This document shows positions 60,281 through 64,000 of a stretch of DNA of 64,000 nt, piece after piece. Source of the stretch: Eledone cirrhosa (Eukaryota); contig OZ024745.1 in assembly GCA_964016885.1 (NCBI GenBank), positions 82,646,001-82,710,000 of the forward strand, in the 5' to 3' direction. The position numbers and the translations under genes were made by a program. Under the pieces are notes generated by a model that worked only from the letters and a program-made list of their open reading frames with translations, was not told the DNA's origin and ran no database searches. How positions within the stretch are numbered: the stretch's first letter is position 1; every line of letters begins with the position of its first letter.

Positions 60281-63200
60281 TACCACCATTAAAGTGGACA
60301 ATGTAGTCTTACATAACCCATTTACCACCATTTCAGTGGACAATGTAGTATTACATAACCCCTTTACCACCATTACAGTGGAGAGTGTAGCCTTACATAA
60401 CCCCTTTACCACCATTACAGTGGACAGTGGTGTCTGGCATAACCCCTTTACCACCATTACAGTGGACAGTGGTGTCTGACATAACCCCTTTACCACCATT
60501 ACTGTGGACAATGTAGTCTTACATAACCCCTTTACCACCATTACAGTGGACAATGTAGTCTTACATAATCCCTTTACAACCATTACAGTGGATAGTGTTG
60601 TCTTACATAACCCCTTTACCACCATTACAGTGGACAATGTAGTCTTACATAACCCCTTTACCACCATTACGGTGGACAATGTAGCCTTACATAACCCCTT
60701 TACCACCATTACAGTGGGTTATGTAGTCTTACATAACCCATTTACCGCCATTACAGTGGACAATGTAACCTTACATAACCCCTTTACCACCATTACAGTG
60801 GGTTATGTAGTCCTACATAACCGCTTTACCACCATTACAGTAGACAATGTAGTCTTACATAACCTCTTTACCACCATTACAGTTGACAATGTTGTCTTAA
60901 ATAACCCCTTTACCACCATTACAGTGTACAATGTAGTCTTACATAACCCCTTTACAACCATTACAATTGACAATGTAGTCTTACATAACCCCTTTACCAC
61001 CATTACAGTGGAAATGTAGTCTTACATAACCCCTTTACCACCATTACAATGGACAATGTAGTCTTACATAACCTCTTTATCACCATTACAATGGACAATG
61101 TAGTCTTACATAACCCCTTTACCACCATTACAATGGACAATGTAGTTTTTACATAACCCCTTTACCAGCATTACAGTGGAAAATGTAATCTTACATAACC
61201 CCTTTATCACGATTACAGTGGACAATGTAGTCTTACATAACCCATTTACCACCATTACAGTGGACAATGTAGTCTTACATAACCCCTTTACCACCATTAC
61301 AGTGGACAATGTAGCCTTACATAACCTCCTTACCACCATTACAGTGGGTAATGTAGTCTTACATAACCCCTTTACCACCATTACAGTGGACAATGTAGTC
61401 TTACATAACCCTTTTATCACCATTACAGTAGATAATGTAGCCTTACATAACCACTTTACCACCATTACAGTGGGTAATGTAGCCTTACATAACCTCTTTA
61501 CCACCATTTCAGTGGGTAATGTAGCCTTACATAACCCCTTTACCACCATTACAGCGGACACTGTAGTCTTACATAACCCCTTTACCACCATTACACTGGA
61601 CAATGTAGTCTTACATAACCCCTTTACCACCATTACAGTGGGTTATGTAGTCTTACATAACCCCTTAACCGCCATTACAGTGGACAATGTAACCTTACAT
61701 AACCCCTTTACCACCATTACAGTAGACAAAGTAGTCTTACATAACCTCTTTACAACCATTACAGTTGACAATGTAGCCTTACATAACCTCCTTACCACCA
61801 TTACAGTGGGTAATGTAGTCTTACATAACCCCTTTACCACCATTTCAGTGGGTAATGTAGCCTTACATAACCCCTTTACCACCATTACAGTGGACAATGT
61901 AGTCTTACATAACCCCTTTACCACCATTACAGTGGACAATGTAGTCTTACATAACCTGTTTACCACCATTACAGTAGACAATGTAGTCTTACATAACCCC
62001 TTTAGCACCATTACAGTGGACAATGTAGTCTTACATAACCCCTTTTACCACCATTACAGTGGACAATGTAGTCTTACATAACCCCTTTACCACCATTACA
62101 CTGGACAATGTAGTCTTACATAACCCCTTTATCACCATTACATTGGACAATGTAGCCTTACATAACCCCTTTACCATAATTACAGTGGGTAATGCAGTCT
62201 TACATAACCCCTTTACTACCATTACAGTGGAAAATGTAATCTTACATAACCCCTTCATCACGATTACAGTGGACAATGTAGCCTTACATAACCCCTTTAC
62301 CACTATTACAGTGAACAATGTAGTCTTACATAACCCCTTTACCACCATTACAGTGGACAATGTAGCCTTACATAACCCCTTTACCACCATTAGAGTTTAC
62401 AATGTAGTCTTACATAACCCCTTTACCATCATTACAGTTGACAATGTAATCTTACATAACCCCTTTACCACCATTACAGTGGAGAGTGTAGCCTTACATA
62501 ACCCCTTTACCACCATTACAGTGGAAAATGTAGTCTTACATAACCCCTCTACCACCATTACAGTGGGTAATGTAGTCTTACATAACCCCTTTACCACCAT
62601 TAAAGTGGACAATGTAGTCTTACATAACCCCTTAACCACCATTACAGTGGACAATTCTGTCTTACATAACCCCTTTACCACCATTACAGTGGACAGTGTA
62701 GCCTTACATAACCCCTTTACCACCATTACATTGGACAATGTAGCCTTACATAACCCCTTTACCACCATTACAGTGGACAATGTAGTCTTACATAACCCCT
62801 TTACCACCATTAAAGTGGACAATGTAGTCTTACATAACCCCTTTACCACCATTACAGTGGACAATTTAGTCTTACATAACCCCTTTACCACCATTACAGT
62901 GGACAATGTAGTCTTACATAACCCCTTTACCACCATTACAGTGGAAAATGTAGTCTTACATAACCCCTTTACCACCATTACAGTGGACAATGTAGCCTTA
63001 CATAACCCCTTTACCACCATTACAGTGGACAATGTAGTCTTACATAATCCCTTTACCACCATTACAGTGGACAATTTTGTCTTACATAGCCCCTTTACCA
63101 CCATTACAGTGGACAGTGTAGCCTTACATAACCCCTTTACCACCATTACAGTGGACAGTGTAGCCTTACATAACCCCTTTACCACCATTACAGTGGACAA

Positions 63201-63330
63201 TGTAGTCTTACATAACCCCTTTACCACCATTACAGTGCACAATGTAGTCTTACATAACCCCTTTACCACCATTACAGTGGACAATGTAGTCTTACATAAC
63301 CCCTTTACCACCATTACAGTGCACAATGTA
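59095..63330. repeat. Block paralogous to ~1760-5950 (offset ~57.3-57.5 kb)
   Basis: ORF pairs 2009/59343, 2582/59916, 3469/60803 and 3772/61106 (all +57,334), 4487/62031 (+57,544) and 5021/62397 (+57,376). Confidence 0.88.
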
Positions 63331-63339
63331 GTCTTACAT

Positions 63340-64000
63340 AACCTCTTTACCACCATTACAGTAGACAATGTAGTCTTACATATCCCCTTTATCACCATTA
63401 CAGTGGGTTATGTAGTCTTACATAAACCCTTTACCACCATTACAGTGGACAATGTAGCCTTACATAACCCCTTTACCATCATTACAGTGGACAATGTAGT
63501 CTTACATAAGCCCTTTACCACCATTACAGTGGACAATGTAGCCTTACATAACCCCTTTACCACCATTACAGTGGACAATGTAGTCTTACATAACCCCTAT
63601 ACCACCATTACAGTGGACAATGTAGTCTTACATAACCCCTTTACCACCATTAAAGTGGACAATGTAGTCTTACATAACCCATTTACCACCATTTCAGTGG
63701 ACAATGTAGTATTACATAACCCCTTTACCACCATTACAGTGGAGAGTGTAGCCTTACATAACCCCTTTACCACCATTACAGTGGACAGTGGTGTCTGGCA
63801 TAACCCCTTTACCACCATTACAGTGGACAGTGGTGTCTGACATAACCCCTTTACCACCATTACTGTGGACAATGTAGTCTTACATAACCCCTTTACCACC
63901 ATTACAGTGGACAATGTAGTCTTACATAATCCCTTTACAACCATTACAGTGGATAGTGTTGTCTTACATAACCCCTTTACCACCATTACAGTGGACAATG
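63340..64000. repeat. Start of a copy of ~59980-60640 (offset 3,361 bp), truncated by the window end
   Basis: Shared CATATCCCC, AGTGGTGTCTGG/AGTGGTGTCTGA and private TTACTGTGG (~60499, ~63860). ORFs 60236/63597. Confidence 0.88.

Larger units (their letters stand above)
1..64000. repeat. Tandem satellite array, 42-bp monomer CATAACCCCTTTACCACCATTACAGTGGACAATGTAGTCTTA, about 1,520 copies, single orientation, running off both window ends
   Basis: The monomer can be read continuously from base 1 to 64000. GTGGA at 21 and at 63991 are 63,970 bp apart = 1,523 x 42 + 4. Most monomers differ from consensus by only a few substitutions. The ORF track shows a 14-aa period on both strands. Confidence 0.99.

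Noticed and set aside
21-63998. All ORFs in the track as real genes (mucin-like or adhesin-like repeat protein)
   Set aside because: No unique N- or C-terminal domain, overlapping ORFs on both strands throughout, mostly GTG starts inside the repeat on the plus strand, and 62 frameshifts plus several stops propagated by duplication.
1-64000. CRISPR array
   Set aside because: Units abut directly with no unique spacers; no leader or cas genes.
1-64000. Antigenic-variation cassette bank, DGR or phase-variable locus
   Set aside because: No expression site, recombinase or reverse transcriptase. The indels are a few inherited alleles in fixed contexts rather than variable-length homopolymer tracts.
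1-64000. Human HSat1A (also a 42-bp unit) or another named satellite
   Set aside because: HSat1A is extremely AT-rich. This monomer is about 40% GC and I do not recognise it; only a database search could name it.
1-64000. True telomeric repeat tract
   Set aside because: Only one TAACCC per 42 bp, and block-wise inherited variants indicate recombinational amplification rather than telomerase templating.
1-64000. Pure sequencing or assembly artefact (concatemer or random error)
   Set aside because: Variants recur in conserved order at distant sites and paralogous blocks carry private substitutions. Individual junctions could still be misassembled.
1-64000. Inversions, embedded transposons, tRNA/rRNA or unique islands
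   Set aside because: None seen; orientation and 42-bp register are continuous, consistent with the ORF track and the end-to-end phase arithmetic.

Overview
The whole 64 kb window is one uninterrupted, single-orientation, head-to-tail tandem array (satellite or very long minisatellite) of a 42-bp monomer, consensus CATAACCCCTTTACCACCATTACAGTGGACAATGTAGTCTTA (17/42 G+C, no CpG), about 1,520 copies. I see no unique sequence, gene, RNA gene, transposon or CRISPR spacer. All ORFs in the track are by-products of a 3n-length monomer with one stop-free frame per strand. The information lies in the monomer variants. They form about five recognisable multi-monomer modules, shuffled by nested, in-register duplications from about 170 bp to about 57 kb (an irregular, hierarchical higher-order repeat). 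Other points: only six distinct 1-bp indel alleles, whose 62 copies nearly cancel; two CpG-to-TpG/CpA changes between paralogous copies, suggesting a methylated eukaryotic host; and a D-box-like TTACATAA core overlapping a small dyad in most monomers. I cannot name the organism or satellite family, and I find no support for a new protein-coding system. Block boundaries are estimated by eye (about plus or minus one or two monomers); offsets come from the ORF track and marker positions.
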